64,000 bases of DNA from Christensenellaceae bacterium (lineage in GTDB: Bacteria > Bacillota > Clostridia > Christensenellales > Borkfalkiaceae): contig JAZRSR010000022.1 in NCBI GenBank assembly GCA_045651665.1, positions 17,116-81,115 on the forward strand, given 5' to 3'. Within the stretch, counting starts at the first letter, position 1. The number at the start of each line of letters is the position of its first letter. The position numbers and the translations under genes are program-made. Positions 36,103 through 45,480 of this stretch are shown here, piece by piece. Below the pieces are notes generated by a model. It saw only the letters and a list, made by a program, of their open reading frames with translations, did no database searches and had not been told where the DNA came from.

Positions 36103-37179
36103 ATGGATATTGGTCAACTTTGCAAAGATTTTTGTTTCAAGGGTGATTTTGATCGTTATGACATTATTACTGCTGGAAACATTAATACTACATACAAGGT
36201 TTTTACTGAAGATGAAAATGGTAAACATCAATACTTGTTGCAAAAAATTAATAAAAACGTCTTCAAAGAACCTGAAAAAATTATGGAAAACGTTACAAAC
36301 ATCAATAACTATATAGATCATAGGCATAAATGTGAAGATTTATTCGTATTACATTTCAAAACTAATTCTAACGGTTTGCCTTACGTAATTGATGAAGATG
36401 GTAACTTTTGGAGAGCGTGTAAGTTTTTTGATTGCGCTTGCTTTAACTCGCCCGATGATTTAGGTGTTATTGAAGAAACGGGTAGGGCGTTTGGTCAGTT
36501 TCAGTATTTATTGAACGGATACGATGCTCAAAGGTTAAATATTACAATACCTAACTTTCACAATACTAGAAAAAGACTTTTAACTCTTGAAAAAACTATA
36601 AGGCACGCGCCTGAAAGTAGAAAAAATAAAGCAACGCACGAAATTGAATACATTTTAGCTAATAAAGACCTTGGTGTTAAACTTTGTGAACTTCTAGAAG
36701 AAGGAAAACTCCCTTTAAGGGTAACGCATAACGATACCAAGTGTAATAACGTTCTATTCAATAAAGACACGTTAAAAGCGTTAGCCGTTATTGATCTTGA
36801 TACGGTTATGCCTGGTTTATGCGGGTATGATTTTGGTGACGGCGCTCGTTCAATTTGTTCACTTACCGATGAAGATGAAACTGATTTAACCAAAGTTGGT
36901 TTTGATCTTGAGAGGTTTGAAAAGTTTTCTAAAGGTTACTTTAAGTACCTTAAAGATTATCTTACTGAAGAAGAAAAAAATACGATGGCTCTTAGCGTAT
37001 ACGTTATGACTTTAGAGCTTGCGTCGAGATTTTTGCAAGATTATCTTAACGGTGACGTTTACTTTAGGATTGCAATGAAGGAGCATAACCTTATTAGAAC
37101 GCGTTGTCAGATAGCGTTGTGCAAAGATATTAGCAACAAACTTGAAAAAATGGATGAAATTGTAAAAAAATACTTATAA
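36103..37179 (+). CDS. APH/choline-kinase-fold phosphotransferase, N-acetylhexosamine 1-kinase (NahK)-like
   Basis: Catalytic-loop VTHNDTKCNNVLF and metal-binding IDLDTVMPG...YDFGD. ATG 36103 lies downstream of a TTGCAT-17-TATAAT promoter that covers the ORF-track start. Confidence 0.68.
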   Translation: MDIGQLCKDFCFKGDFDRYDIITAGNINTTYKVFTEDENGKHQYLLQKINKNVFKEPEKIMENVTNINNYIDHRHKCEDLFVLHFKTNSNGLPYVIDEDGNFWRACKFFDCACFNSPDDLGVIEETGRAFGQFQYLLNGYDAQRLNITIPNFHNTRKRLLTLEKTIRHAPESRKNKATHEIEYILANKDLGVKLCELLEEGKLPLRVTHNDTKCNNVLFNKDTLKALAVIDLDTVMPGLCGYDFGDGARSICSLTDEDETDLTKVGFDLERFEKFSKGYFKYLKDYLTEEEKNTMALSVYVMTLELASRFLQDYLNGDVYFRIAMKEHNLIRTRCQIALCKDISNKLEKMDEIVKKYL

Positions 37180-37180
37180 T

Positions 37181-38977
37181 ATGCCAATTTTAGAAAAGCT
37201 TTATAGCGGAACGACTCTTAAACAATTAAATATAGAACAACTCGATATCCTATGTAAAGAAATTCGCGAGCAGATATTTTCTACGGTTGAGAAGAACGGT
37301 GGCCATTTATCGTCAAATCTTGGTAGCGTTGAACTTATCGTTGCGCTTCATTACGTATTTGATATCCCTACGGATAAACTTATATTTGACGTGGGGCATC
37401 AATCGTACGCTCATAAGATTTTAACGGGTAGGCTTAACGAGTTTTCATCAATGCGCAAAAGCGGTGGGTTAAGTGGATTTCCTGACCCAACTGAAAATCA
37501 AGCAGACGCATTTATAGCAGGCCACGCTGGAACAAGTATTTCGGCGGGGCTTGGTTTTTGCCGTTCAAGAGATTTTTTAAGCGAAGATTATTTTGTTATT
37601 AATTTGGTTGGCGACGCATCGTTTTTTAATGGTGAAAACTTAGAGGCTTTAACGTCTTCTATTGAAAAACCAAGTAAGTACTTAATAGTTCTTAACGACA
37701 ATGGTATGTCGATAAACAAAAACAATAACGGCTTGTATAAAATGATTTCAAAAATGACCATTCGCCGTAGTTATTATAGGTTTAACGCATTTCTTTCAAG
37801 AACTATAGGTAAGAGTTTTATAGGTAGTTTCTTAAGGGGCGTTAAGCGAGTTATTAAAAGAAGTTTGTCAATTAACACTATAACGGACAATCTTGGGTTT
37901 AAGTACGTTGGTAAATTTGACGGGCACAACCTTAAATCGTTAATAAATCTGCTTGAAGATATAAAAAATTCAAATCAACCCACTTTGCTCCACGTTAATA
38001 CGGTTAAGGGAAAAGGTTATGAGGAAATTGAAACCGACGCGTCACGTTTTCACGGTGTTTCGGAAAATATGGCGGTATCAAAACATTATTTTTCTAGCGC
38101 GGTTTCTGAGATTTTAGATAAAAAAATTCAAAAATATCCTGAACTCGTTGCTATAACGGCGGGTATGAAAGATGGTGTTGGGCTTACTGATTTTGCTAAA
38201 AAATATCCTAAGTCTTTCGTTGACGTTGGTATATGTGAAGAACACGCCGTAACGCTTTCTGCAGGTATGGCAATTAGTGGCAGTAAGCCGATTGTGTTTA
38301 TGTATTCAACCTTTATGCAAAGGGGGTACGACCAACTTGTTCACGACGTATGCTTACAAAATCTTCCCGTAGTATTTTGTATAGATAGAGCAGGTTTCGT
38401 TGGTAGCGATGGTAAAACTCATCAAGGATTGTTTGATTTATCTTACCTAACGCACGTTCCAAATATAACGGTGTTATCTCCTAAAGACTTATTTGAGTTT
38501 GAAAATATGCTCGATTATGCAATTAATCTTGAGGCGCCGGTTGCTATTAGGTATCCCAATGGAAAGATATGCCCAACTTATAGCCAAACCGAAAATTTTG
38601 ATTATAATAAATTTGAAGTTATAGATAAAGGGAAAGACGAAGTTATTCTCGCAGTTGGTCCAAGGATGATAGAACTTGCTCTTGAAGTTAAGAGATTATC
38701 TCGTAAAGATATTGAAGTAGTTAATGCAAGAACTATTAAACCTTTAGACGTTGAGTATTTAGATGCTATCAAAGATAGAAAAATTTTAACCCTTGAAGAA
38801 AATACCAAAATCGGTGGGTTTGGAAGTTTAGTGCTTTCATATTATTCAGATAACGATATAAAAGCAAACGTAACGGTATTTGGCGCAAAAGATCAATTTG
38901 TACAGCAGGCAACTGTAAAAGAGCAGTTAGAACTTAATGGTTTAACTGCAGAATTTATTATAAAACACTTAAAATAG
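37181..38977 (+). CDS. dxs: 1-deoxy-D-xylulose-5-phosphate synthase
   Basis: GGHLSSNLGSVEL, DVGHQSYAHKILTGR, GDAS...NDN TPP motif and ICEEHAV. Confidence 0.93.
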   Translation: MPILEKLYSGTTLKQLNIEQLDILCKEIREQIFSTVEKNGGHLSSNLGSVELIVALHYVFDIPTDKLIFDVGHQSYAHKILTGRLNEFSSMRKSGGLSGFPDPTENQADAFIAGHAGTSISAGLGFCRSRDFLSEDYFVINLVGDASFFNGENLEALTSSIEKPSKYLIVLNDNGMSINKNNNGLYKMISKMTIRRSYYRFNAFLSRTIGKSFIGSFLRGVKRVIKRSLSINTITDNLGFKYVGKFDGHNLKSLINLLEDIKNSNQPTLLHVNTVKGKGYEEIETDASRFHGVSENMAVSKHYFSSAVSEILDKKIQKYPELVAITAGMKDGVGLTDFAKKYPKSFVDVGICEEHAVTLSAGMAISGSKPIVFMYSTFMQRGYDQLVHDVCLQNLPVVFCIDRAGFVGSDGKTHQGLFDLSYLTHVPNITVLSPKDLFEFENMLDYAINLEAPVAIRYPNGKICPTYSQTENFDYNKFEVIDKGKDEVILAVGPRMIELALEVKRLSRKDIEVVNARTIKPLDVEYLDAIKDRKILTLEENTKIGGFGSLVLSYYSDNDIKANVTVFGAKDQFVQQATVKEQLELNGLTAEFIIKHLK

Positions 38978-38986
38978 GAGAAAATT

Positions 38987-39784
38987 ATGGATTTTAACGT
39001 TAACCATCCGCTAATATTTATACTTGTAGCGTTGATAATTTTGGTAGTTATAGGTCAATCCGTATTCTTTTTGCTTAAAGCAGTAAAACGCGCTAAAGAA
39101 AAGGGTATGGATATGTCTGTTATCAAAAAGACTATTAGCTCGTCAGCAATATTCACTATTGCTCCCGCTATTTCAATTTTAATAGGCGTTGTAGCGCTTT
39201 CAAAGAGTTTAGGCGTAGCGTTGCCTTGGCTTAGGCTTTCGGTTATAGGTTCTCTTTCATACGAATCTATCGCTGCTGAAAGAGCTCTTGAAGCGTTGGG
39301 CTTAAGCACGGGTACTACGATTACTGTGGCTCAACATTTCGTAACCGTTGCTTGGGTTATGACTTTGGGTATTTTAATAGGTTTAGTTTTAACTCCTATT
39401 TTAACTAAAAAAATTCAAAGTGGCATGAAAACCTTAGAAAAAAAGGACAAGCGTTGGAGAGATATTTTCCAAGACGCTATGTTTATGGGTATGATTTCTG
39501 CTTTCTTAGGTTTCGTATTCTGCGATATTACAAATCTTTTTATATCGGAAGAGGCGTTTGCTAAAATTGCCGAAAAGTTTGCAACTGAAAATGGCGGAGC
39601 GATACTTACTAGAACTGCAAGTTTAATCCCCGTGCTCGTATTCTTTGCGTCGGCAGTAGTTATGGCTATTTTAGGTATTTTATCTAAAAAAACCAAGGCG
39701 CGTTGGCTTACCGATTACGCTTTACCCATTAGCTTAGTTGTTGGTATGGCGCTTGCTATTCCGTTTACTATGTGGTTAGGTTGA
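38987..39784 (+). CDS. Integral membrane protein of unknown function (about 6-7 TM)
   Basis: Hydrophobic 265-aa ORF with RBS AGGAG. It is tightly linked to the next two genes. I do not recognise the family with confidence. Confidence 0.5.
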   Translation: MDFNVNHPLIFILVALIILVVIGQSVFFLLKAVKRAKEKGMDMSVIKKTISSSAIFTIAPAISILIGVVALSKSLGVALPWLRLSVIGSLSYESIAAERALEALGLSTGTTITVAQHFVTVAWVMTLGILIGLVLTPILTKKIQSGMKTLEKKDKRWRDIFQDAMFMGMISAFLGFVFCDITNLFISEEAFAKIAEKFATENGGAILTRTASLIPVLVFFASAVVMAILGILSKKTKARWLTDYALPISLVVGMALAIPFTMWLG

Positions 39785-39799
39785 TAGGGGGGTAATGTT

Positions 39800-40474
39800 A
39801 TGAAAAAAGATAAAGTTCAATTATCATATTTAGATTCAGTTCATAGAGACGGTAAAATTTGGGGATTTTCTATTTTAGCAATAATTTTAATGTTCCCTAC
39901 CGTTTTATGTATAATTTTTAACGTTTTACCTAACTTTCAAGCATTAGGTAAGGGTTTGCTTGCAGTTCTGCCGATGTATTGGGCGGTTGGTTTAGTTGAA
40001 ATATTTACCTACGTTCCTATGCTTGGCGCAGGTGGGGCGTACCTTTCCTTCGTTACTGGTAACATATCTAACCTTAAACTTCCTTGCGCGTTAGACGCTA
40101 TGGAAAAAGCTGGCGTAAAAGCAACTACTGAAGAAGGTGAAATCATCTCAACGATTTCTATCGCAGTATCAAGTATAGTTACAACGATTATTATTATAAT
40201 TGGCGTAATTTTAATAGTTCCTCTTACTCCGATATTAAGTTCAGAAGTTTTGAAGCCTGCATTTGATCAACTTATTCCTGCATTGTTTGGTGGTCTTGGC
40301 GTAGTTTTCGTTGCTAAAAACGTTAAACTTGCAATTCTCCCTTGTTTATTAATGTTAATTTTGTTTATTGCAATTCCTGCATTGAACGCTGGTACGGTAG
40401 GAATTATGGTTCCGGTTAGCGTAATATTCACTATCGTAGTAGCAAGAATTATGTATAAAAAAGGAATAATCTAA
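39800..40474 (+). CDS. Integral membrane protein of unknown function (about 6 TM)
   Basis: Hydrophobic 224-aa ORF with RBS GGGGGG. Its stop lies 1 nt before the M20 peptidase start. Confidence 0.5.
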   Translation: MKKDKVQLSYLDSVHRDGKIWGFSILAIILMFPTVLCIIFNVLPNFQALGKGLLAVLPMYWAVGLVEIFTYVPMLGAGGAYLSFVTGNISNLKLPCALDAMEKAGVKATTEEGEIISTISIAVSSIVTTIIIIIGVILIVPLTPILSSEVLKPAFDQLIPALFGGLGVVFVAKNVKLAILPCLLMLILFIAIPALNAGTVGIMVPVSVIFTIVVARIMYKKGII

Positions 40475-40475
40475 T

Positions 40476-41912
40476 ATGTATATCGGTATTTCGATTGGCG
40501 CTATAATTGTTGTATTTTTAGCAATAATTTTAATTAGAGCGATTTGTTTTAGACCTGAAAAATTAAGCAACGTAGATAAAACCCCCGTTTCTTTCGATAA
40601 AGATCAGGCAGTTAAGTGTTTGCAATCACTTATTAAATGTAAAACAATTTCTTATAGGGATAAGTCGTTAGAAGATAATGAAGAATTTGATAAACTTTTA
40701 AGTTTGTTACCTAAACTTTATCCTGACGTTTATAAACTTTTAGAAGTAAAGACTTTTAACGGTAGGGGAATACTCCTTAGATGGAAGGGTAAAAGTTCTC
40801 AAAAAGCATCGGTAATGATGTCACACTTTGACGTTGTGCCCGTAAATGAAGGATTGTGGGAAGTTCCTCCGTTTGACGCCGTTATTAAAGACGGTGTATT
40901 ATGGGGGCGTGGTGCAGTTGATACCAAAATTACGCTTAACGGTGCTATGTACGGCGCAAATACGCTTGCAAAAAGTGGTTTCACACCGGAATATGACGTT
41001 TATTTTGCTTTTTCTGGAGAGGAAGAAATTAACGGACCGTTTGCTAAAGAGGTTGTAGAATATTTTGATGAAAATAAGATAGAGTTATCTCTCGTGTTAG
41101 ACGAAGGCGGTGCGGTTGTAAATAACGTATTCCCTGGTGTAAAACAACCTTGTGGTTTAGTTGGTATAGCTGAAAAGGGTATGGTTGACGTATTGTATAC
41201 CGCAAAATCGAACGGTGGGCACGCATCTGCTCCAAAGCCTCATACGCCCGTTGGTGTTTTATCACAAGCTTGCGTTAACGTTGAAAATAAACCGTTTAAG
41301 ATGCGTTTAACTACTCCTGTAAAACAAATGTTTAACGCTCTTGGTAGATATTCAACCTTTGTTTATAGATTAATTTTTGCAAACCTTTGGTGTTTTAGTT
41401 GGGTGCTTAACCTTATTTCTAAAAAATCTGGTGGCGAAATGAACGCTTTGCTTAGGACTACCGTTGCTTTTACACAAATGAAGGGTAGTTCCGCATCTAA
41501 CGTAATCCCGCCCGAATGTAGCATGGTTTCAAACATAAGAATTAATCCTTATGAAACTGTTGATAGCGTTATTTTAGGTCTTAAAAATAAAGTTAATAAT
41601 AATAACGTCGAGATAAGCGCTATTCACGGAACTAATCCGAGTAGAGTTTCAATTATTGATTGTGAAGGCTACAAGAAAGTTGAAAATGCAATTACGTCAA
41701 CGTTTGACGGTGCGATCGTTGCGCCGTATTTAATGGTTCAATGCTCTGATAGTAGGCATTACGGTAAGATTTCTGACAGGGTGTATCGTTTTTCTGCGTC
41801 AGATTTTACTGGAGAGGAGCGTGCTTGCGTTCACGGAAATAACGAAAGAATTAGGTTAGACGCCGTTAATCGTTCCGTTGAGTTTTATATAAGATTATTA
41901 AAAAGTTGCTAA
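40476..41912 (+). CDS. M20/M25/M40-family metallopeptidase with an N-terminal membrane anchor
   Basis: N-terminal TM helix, then MSHFDVVP, GRGAVDTK, SGEEE and LDEGG motifs of M20 dipeptidases/carboxypeptidases. Confidence 0.8.
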   Translation: MYIGISIGAIIVVFLAIILIRAICFRPEKLSNVDKTPVSFDKDQAVKCLQSLIKCKTISYRDKSLEDNEEFDKLLSLLPKLYPDVYKLLEVKTFNGRGILLRWKGKSSQKASVMMSHFDVVPVNEGLWEVPPFDAVIKDGVLWGRGAVDTKITLNGAMYGANTLAKSGFTPEYDVYFAFSGEEEINGPFAKEVVEYFDENKIELSLVLDEGGAVVNNVFPGVKQPCGLVGIAEKGMVDVLYTAKSNGGHASAPKPHTPVGVLSQACVNVENKPFKMRLTTPVKQMFNALGRYSTFVYRLIFANLWCFSWVLNLISKKSGGEMNALLRTTVAFTQMKGSSASNVIPPECSMVSNIRINPYETVDSVILGLKNKVNNNNVEISAIHGTNPSRVSIIDCEGYKKVENAITSTFDGAIVAPYLMVQCSDSRHYGKISDRVYRFSASDFTGEERACVHGNNERIRLDAVNRSVEFYIRLLKSC

Positions 41913-41918
41913 AAATTT

Positions 41919-42866
41919 ATGAATTACGTTGAACTTACAATACACACTACGCATGAAGCTGAAGAACTTATATCTTCAAAACTGTGGGAGTATACGTCCT
42001 ACGGTGTTTCAGTATGCGATGAAAATGACGTTATTGAACTTATTACAAATAGGCGTAACACTTGGGATTATCTTGAAGATAGAGTTACCGAAGGTATAGG
42101 TTCAGGCGTTACTTTAATTAAAGCGTATTTCGATATGGAAGACGCTGATGAAAAGATTTCAAGTTTAGTTAAAGAATTATTCATTATGCGTGATAACGCT
42201 AAAGAATTTATTTCATTTGGCACGTTAGAAACTGTTAGAAGAATCGTTGACGGTGATGATTGGATTGAAGTTTGGCGTAAGCATTATAAGCCTATGAAAA
42301 TAGGTAGTGTTGTAGTTTGTCCTGAGTGGATTGAATACGATGCTAAAACTGACGACATAGTTGTTAAGATAGATAGTAATATGGCGTTTGGTACGGGTGA
42401 ACACGAAACAACGTCTATGTGTATTGAGTTTTTATCTAAATACGTTTCTAAAGACTTATCTGTAATTGACGTTGGTACGGGTTCTGGTATCTTAGGTATT
42501 GCTTCAGTTCTTCTTGGGGCTAAACGTTCGGTTATGACCGATATTGACGTTGTAGCCGTTGAAACTGCTAAACATAACGCAATACTTAATAACGTTGAAA
42601 ACAAATGCTTAATTACGCTTGATAACCTCTTAAGCGAACAGGATGCAGTTGGAGATATCGTCGTTGCAAACATTACGGCAGATATTTTATGTATTCTTGC
42701 TTGCTCTATTCAAAAACACGTTAAAGTTGGCACTAAACTTATATTAAGTGGTATATTAAAGGAAAAAGCAGAGTTAGTTATTAATACCTATTTACCGCTT
42801 GGTTATAAAATTATTAATAGCGCAAATAAGGGAGAATGGGTTGCGCTCGTTCTTGAAAAACTATGA
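41919..42866 (+). CDS. prmA: Ribosomal protein L11 methyltransferase
   Basis: FGTGEHETT and DVGTGSGILGI motifs; length and layout fit PrmA. Confidence 0.9.
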   Translation: MNYVELTIHTTHEAEELISSKLWEYTSYGVSVCDENDVIELITNRRNTWDYLEDRVTEGIGSGVTLIKAYFDMEDADEKISSLVKELFIMRDNAKEFISFGTLETVRRIVDGDDWIEVWRKHYKPMKIGSVVVCPEWIEYDAKTDDIVVKIDSNMAFGTGEHETTSMCIEFLSKYVSKDLSVIDVGTGSGILGIASVLLGAKRSVMTDIDVVAVETAKHNAILNNVENKCLITLDNLLSEQDAVGDIVVANITADILCILACSIQKHVKVGTKLILSGILKEKAELVINTYLPLGYKIINSANKGEWVALVLEKL

Positions 42867-44098
42867 AAGCAGTAGTATTTACGCTTGGTTGCAAGGTTAA
42901 TTCTTGCGAGAGTAATTCATTAATAAAGGGGCTTGAAGATTTAGGTTACGTTGTTAGTGATGAGCTTGAATTTGCCGATTTATACGTTATTAATACGTGT
43001 GCCGTAACCAAAGAAGCTGAAAAAAAATCTCGCCAAGCAATAGCGAGAGTTAAAAAACAAAACCCGTCCGCAAAAATCATTGTTACGGGTTGCGCTTCGG
43101 AAAAGTGCCCTGAAAGTTTTTCTTCTAAAAACGGGGTTGACGTTGTTACCGGTACTTCAAGTAAAGAAAAGATACTTGAATTAATTGAAAAAAAAGGCGA
43201 GTATATTTTTCCACCTGAAACTGAATATCACGAATTACCACTTTCTAAAACGGTAAAGACAAGAGCGTTTGTAAAGATCCAAGACGGGTGCAATAACTTT
43301 TGTTCGTATTGTATTATTCCGTATTTAAGGGGTAGGAGTCGTTCAAGGTCGATGGAAAGCATTAAAAACGAGATTTTAACTCTTAATGCTTACGAAACGG
43401 TTTTAACGGCAATAAATCTATCTGCGTATAATTACGATGGTAAAGATTTAACCGATTTAATAAATTGTTTATCAAGTGTTGATACTAGAATTAGGTTTGG
43501 TAGTTTAGAAGAGAACGTAATATCGGAAGATTTAATGATAGCTCTTAAAAATCTAAAAGATTTTGCTCCGCATTTTCATTTGTCGTTGCAATCAGGTTCG
43601 GATAATACCTTAAAAGCAATGAATAGAAAGTATACTACTAAAGAGTATAGAGAAGGCGTTAATCTTATAAGAAAGTATTTTCCTAACGCCGGCATAACTA
43701 CGGACGTGATAGTTGGTTACCCAACGGAAACGGAAAGTGATTTTATAGCGAGTTATAACTTTGTTAAAGAAATGGAGTTTTCAGACGTTCACGCCTTTTG
43801 TTTTTCCCCGCGTGAAGGAACGGTTGCGTATAATTTGAAAGATTTAGACGGTAACGTTAAAAAGCAAAGGTTAAACAAATTATTGGAACTTAAAGAGCAA
43901 TTAAAATCACGCTTTTTATCGAAGAATTTACAAACTTTTCAAGACGTTGTTATTGAAGAGTACGTTGACGGATATTCAAGCGGATATACCGGAAATTACA
44001 TAAAGGTATATATTAAAGGTTTTGTTGAAAATGGTAAATACAAGGTGTATTTAACTAAAGAATATAACGGCGGGCTACTCGCCGAAATTAAGGAGTAA
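42863..44098 (+). CDS. mtaB: tRNA methylthiotransferase MtaB (MiaB-like radical SAM)
   Basis: N-terminal UPF0004 cysteines (GCKVN...NTCAVT...GC), radical-SAM CNNFCSYCIIP, and a TRAM-like C-terminus. Confidence 0.87.
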   Translation: MKAVVFTLGCKVNSCESNSLIKGLEDLGYVVSDELEFADLYVINTCAVTKEAEKKSRQAIARVKKQNPSAKIIVTGCASEKCPESFSSKNGVDVVTGTSSKEKILELIEKKGEYIFPPETEYHELPLSKTVKTRAFVKIQDGCNNFCSYCIIPYLRGRSRSRSMESIKNEILTLNAYETVLTAINLSAYNYDGKDLTDLINCLSSVDTRIRFGSLEENVISEDLMIALKNLKDFAPHFHLSLQSGSDNTLKAMNRKYTTKEYREGVNLIRKYFPNAGITTDVIVGYPTETESDFIASYNFVKEMEFSDVHAFCFSPREGTVAYNLKDLDGNVKKQRLNKLLELKEQLKSRFLSKNLQTFQDVVIEEYVDGYSSGYTGNYIKVYIKGFVENGKYKVYLTKEYNGGLLAEIKE

Positions 44099-44100
44099 TT

Positions 44101-44442
44101 ATGAAAGATTGTTTATTTTGCAAGTTTATAAACAGAGAAATTGAAACTAATATCTTATATGAAGACGATAATATGATTATTATTCGAGATATTGCGCCAC
44201 AAGCAAAAAATCATTACCTTGCAATATCAAAGTCGCATTTCAAACTCTTTGAAGAAATGACTGAAAAAGATGCTGAAATTCTTAAAAACATGCTTAAAAC
44301 GATTCCAACCTTAAAGTCTTTATTAGGGCTTGAAAATGGATATAGAATAGTTGTTAATCAAGGTGATGATGCTGGTCAAACAGTTCCGCATCTTCATATT
44401 CACATACTTTGTGGTCAAAAAATGGAGTGGCATCCTGCATAA
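44101..44442 (+). CDS. HIT-family nucleotide hydrolase/transferase
   Basis: CLFCKF zinc-like motif and histidine triad HLHIHIL. Confidence 0.9.
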   Translation: MKDCLFCKFINREIETNILYEDDNMIIIRDIAPQAKNHYLAISKSHFKLFEEMTEKDAEILKNMLKTIPTLKSLLGLENGYRIVVNQGDDAGQTVPHLHIHILCGQKMEWHPA

Positions 44443-44466
44443 ATTTCAATTTTTAATAAAATTTGA

Positions 44467-44495
44467 TTGACAAAATCGTGTAATTTGAATATACT
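44467..44495 (+). promoter_or_regulatory. Sigma-A-type promoter for rpsU
   Basis: TTGACA, a 17-nt spacer, then TATACT. Confidence 0.6.
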
Positions 44496-44551
44496 ATAAA
44501 TGCTTGCTATGGCAAGAGACTAATTGCAATCGGCAAAGGGGGGTTGAAGAT

Positions 44552-44731
44552 ATGTCAACAATCAGAGTTGGTGAAAACGAAACGCTTGATAGCGCTCTTA
44601 GAAGATTTAAGAGAAAATGTTCAAGAGATGGTATTATCGGTGATTTACGTCGTAAAGAATTTTACGAAAGACCTTCCGTTAGAAGAAAAAAGAAGGCTGA
44701 AGCAGCAAGAAAGAGAAACGTAAAAGGCTAA
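44552..44731 (+). CDS. rpsU: 30S ribosomal protein S21
   Basis: [17 protein letters not shown]...YERPS..RRKK is typical S21. ATG 44552 follows GGGGGG, and the promoter is TTGACA-17-TATACT. Confidence 0.95.
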   Translation: MSTIRVGENETLDSALRRFKRKCSRDGIIGDLRRKEFYERPSVRRKKKAEAARKRNVKG

Positions 44732-44743
44732 AAATAATTTTTT

Positions 44744-44779
44744 ACATCCGCAAAAAATATTTTTGCGGATGTTTTTTTT
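44744..44779 (+). terminator. Intrinsic terminator after rpsU
   Basis: ACATCCGCAAAA-loop-TTTTGCGGATGT followed by TTTTTTT. Confidence 0.8.
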
Positions 44780-44789
44780 AAGGAGAGAT

Positions 44790-45188
44790 ATGGAAGGTGT
44801 TAAAAGCTTAAAAGATTATGCTAAAGAAGCAAAGAAAAGGCTTAAAAGTTCTTTTTGGCAAGATTATAAACAAAACTTGGAAAACGAAAGTAAAAGGGCG
44901 GAGATAGATGGTACTTCTAAATCAAAAGTAGTAGAGTATTATCAAAATAAAGCGAAGGTTTCTATTCGTGGTGTAAAAACTGAAGATGAAGAGTTTTATA
45001 TAAAAGTAAAAAATATTTTAGACGTTTACGGTGACGTTAGTGATGCGTTAGGTAGGCTTACTGATAAAGAGTATTTTAACTTGTTAACTTACGATGCAAA
45101 ACAACGCTATATGCTTGAACTATCTAATAAGTATAGGGTAGCTAAAGAGAGATACTATAAAGAGAAAAAATTTGAAAAAAACATATAA
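44790..45188 (+). CDS. Hypothetical Lys/Glu-rich protein
   Basis: 132-aa ORF with strong RBS AAGGAGAG, beginning just after the rpsU terminator. No recognisable motif. Confidence 0.45.
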   Translation: MEGVKSLKDYAKEAKKRLKSSFWQDYKQNLENESKRAEIDGTSKSKVVEYYQNKAKVSIRGVKTEDEEFYIKVKNILDVYGDVSDALGRLTDKEYFNLLTYDAKQRYMLELSNKYRVAKERYYKEKKFEKNI

Positions 45189-45220
45189 AAAAGGCTCGCT
45201 TACAAAAGCGAGCCTTTTAG
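45186..45220. terminator. Bidirectional terminator between convergent genes
   Basis: AAGGCTCGCT-TACAAA-AGCGAGCCTT flanked by an A-run and a T-run. Confidence 0.8.
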
Positions 45221-45224
45221 TTTG

Positions 45225-45479
45225 TTATTTTTTAGTTTTAATTTTGTTAAGTATGGTTACAACGCCGATTATTATACCAATTATGATAAATATTCCGAGC
45301 ATTCCTTTCCACATATAACCAAGTGATTTTACAACGCTTTCCATAGGTTGAATTTTAATTCCAATAGAATTGTCAGTTGTTTCAACGTTTTGTTCGGTTG
45401 ATAAAGTTTCAGCACCGCTAAGTTCTGCGTTGATTTGATTAATGAGTTCTAAATTATTATTTGAAACTAATTTTATCAT
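45225..45479 (-). CDS. Small membrane protein, OadG-like (gamma subunit-like) with an N-terminal extension
   Basis: The C-terminal segment WKGMLGIFIIIGIIIGVVTIL resembles the GMxxVF TM motif of decarboxylase gamma subunits. The ATG lies 1 nt after the oadB-like stop. Confidence 0.4.
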   Translation of the reverse strand: MIKLVSNNNLELINQINAELSGAETLSTEQNVETTDNSIGIKIQPMESVVKSLGYMWKGMLGIFIIIGIIIGVVTILNKIKTKK

Positions 45480-45480
45480 A

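Noticed and set aside
44496-44551. Small hairpins (CTTGC-TATG-GCAAG, TTGC-AATCG-GCAA) in the rpsU leader, considered as an autoregulatory RNA element.
   Set aside because: The stems are only 4-5 bp and I do not recognise a matching known leader motif. The evidence is too weak without covariation data.
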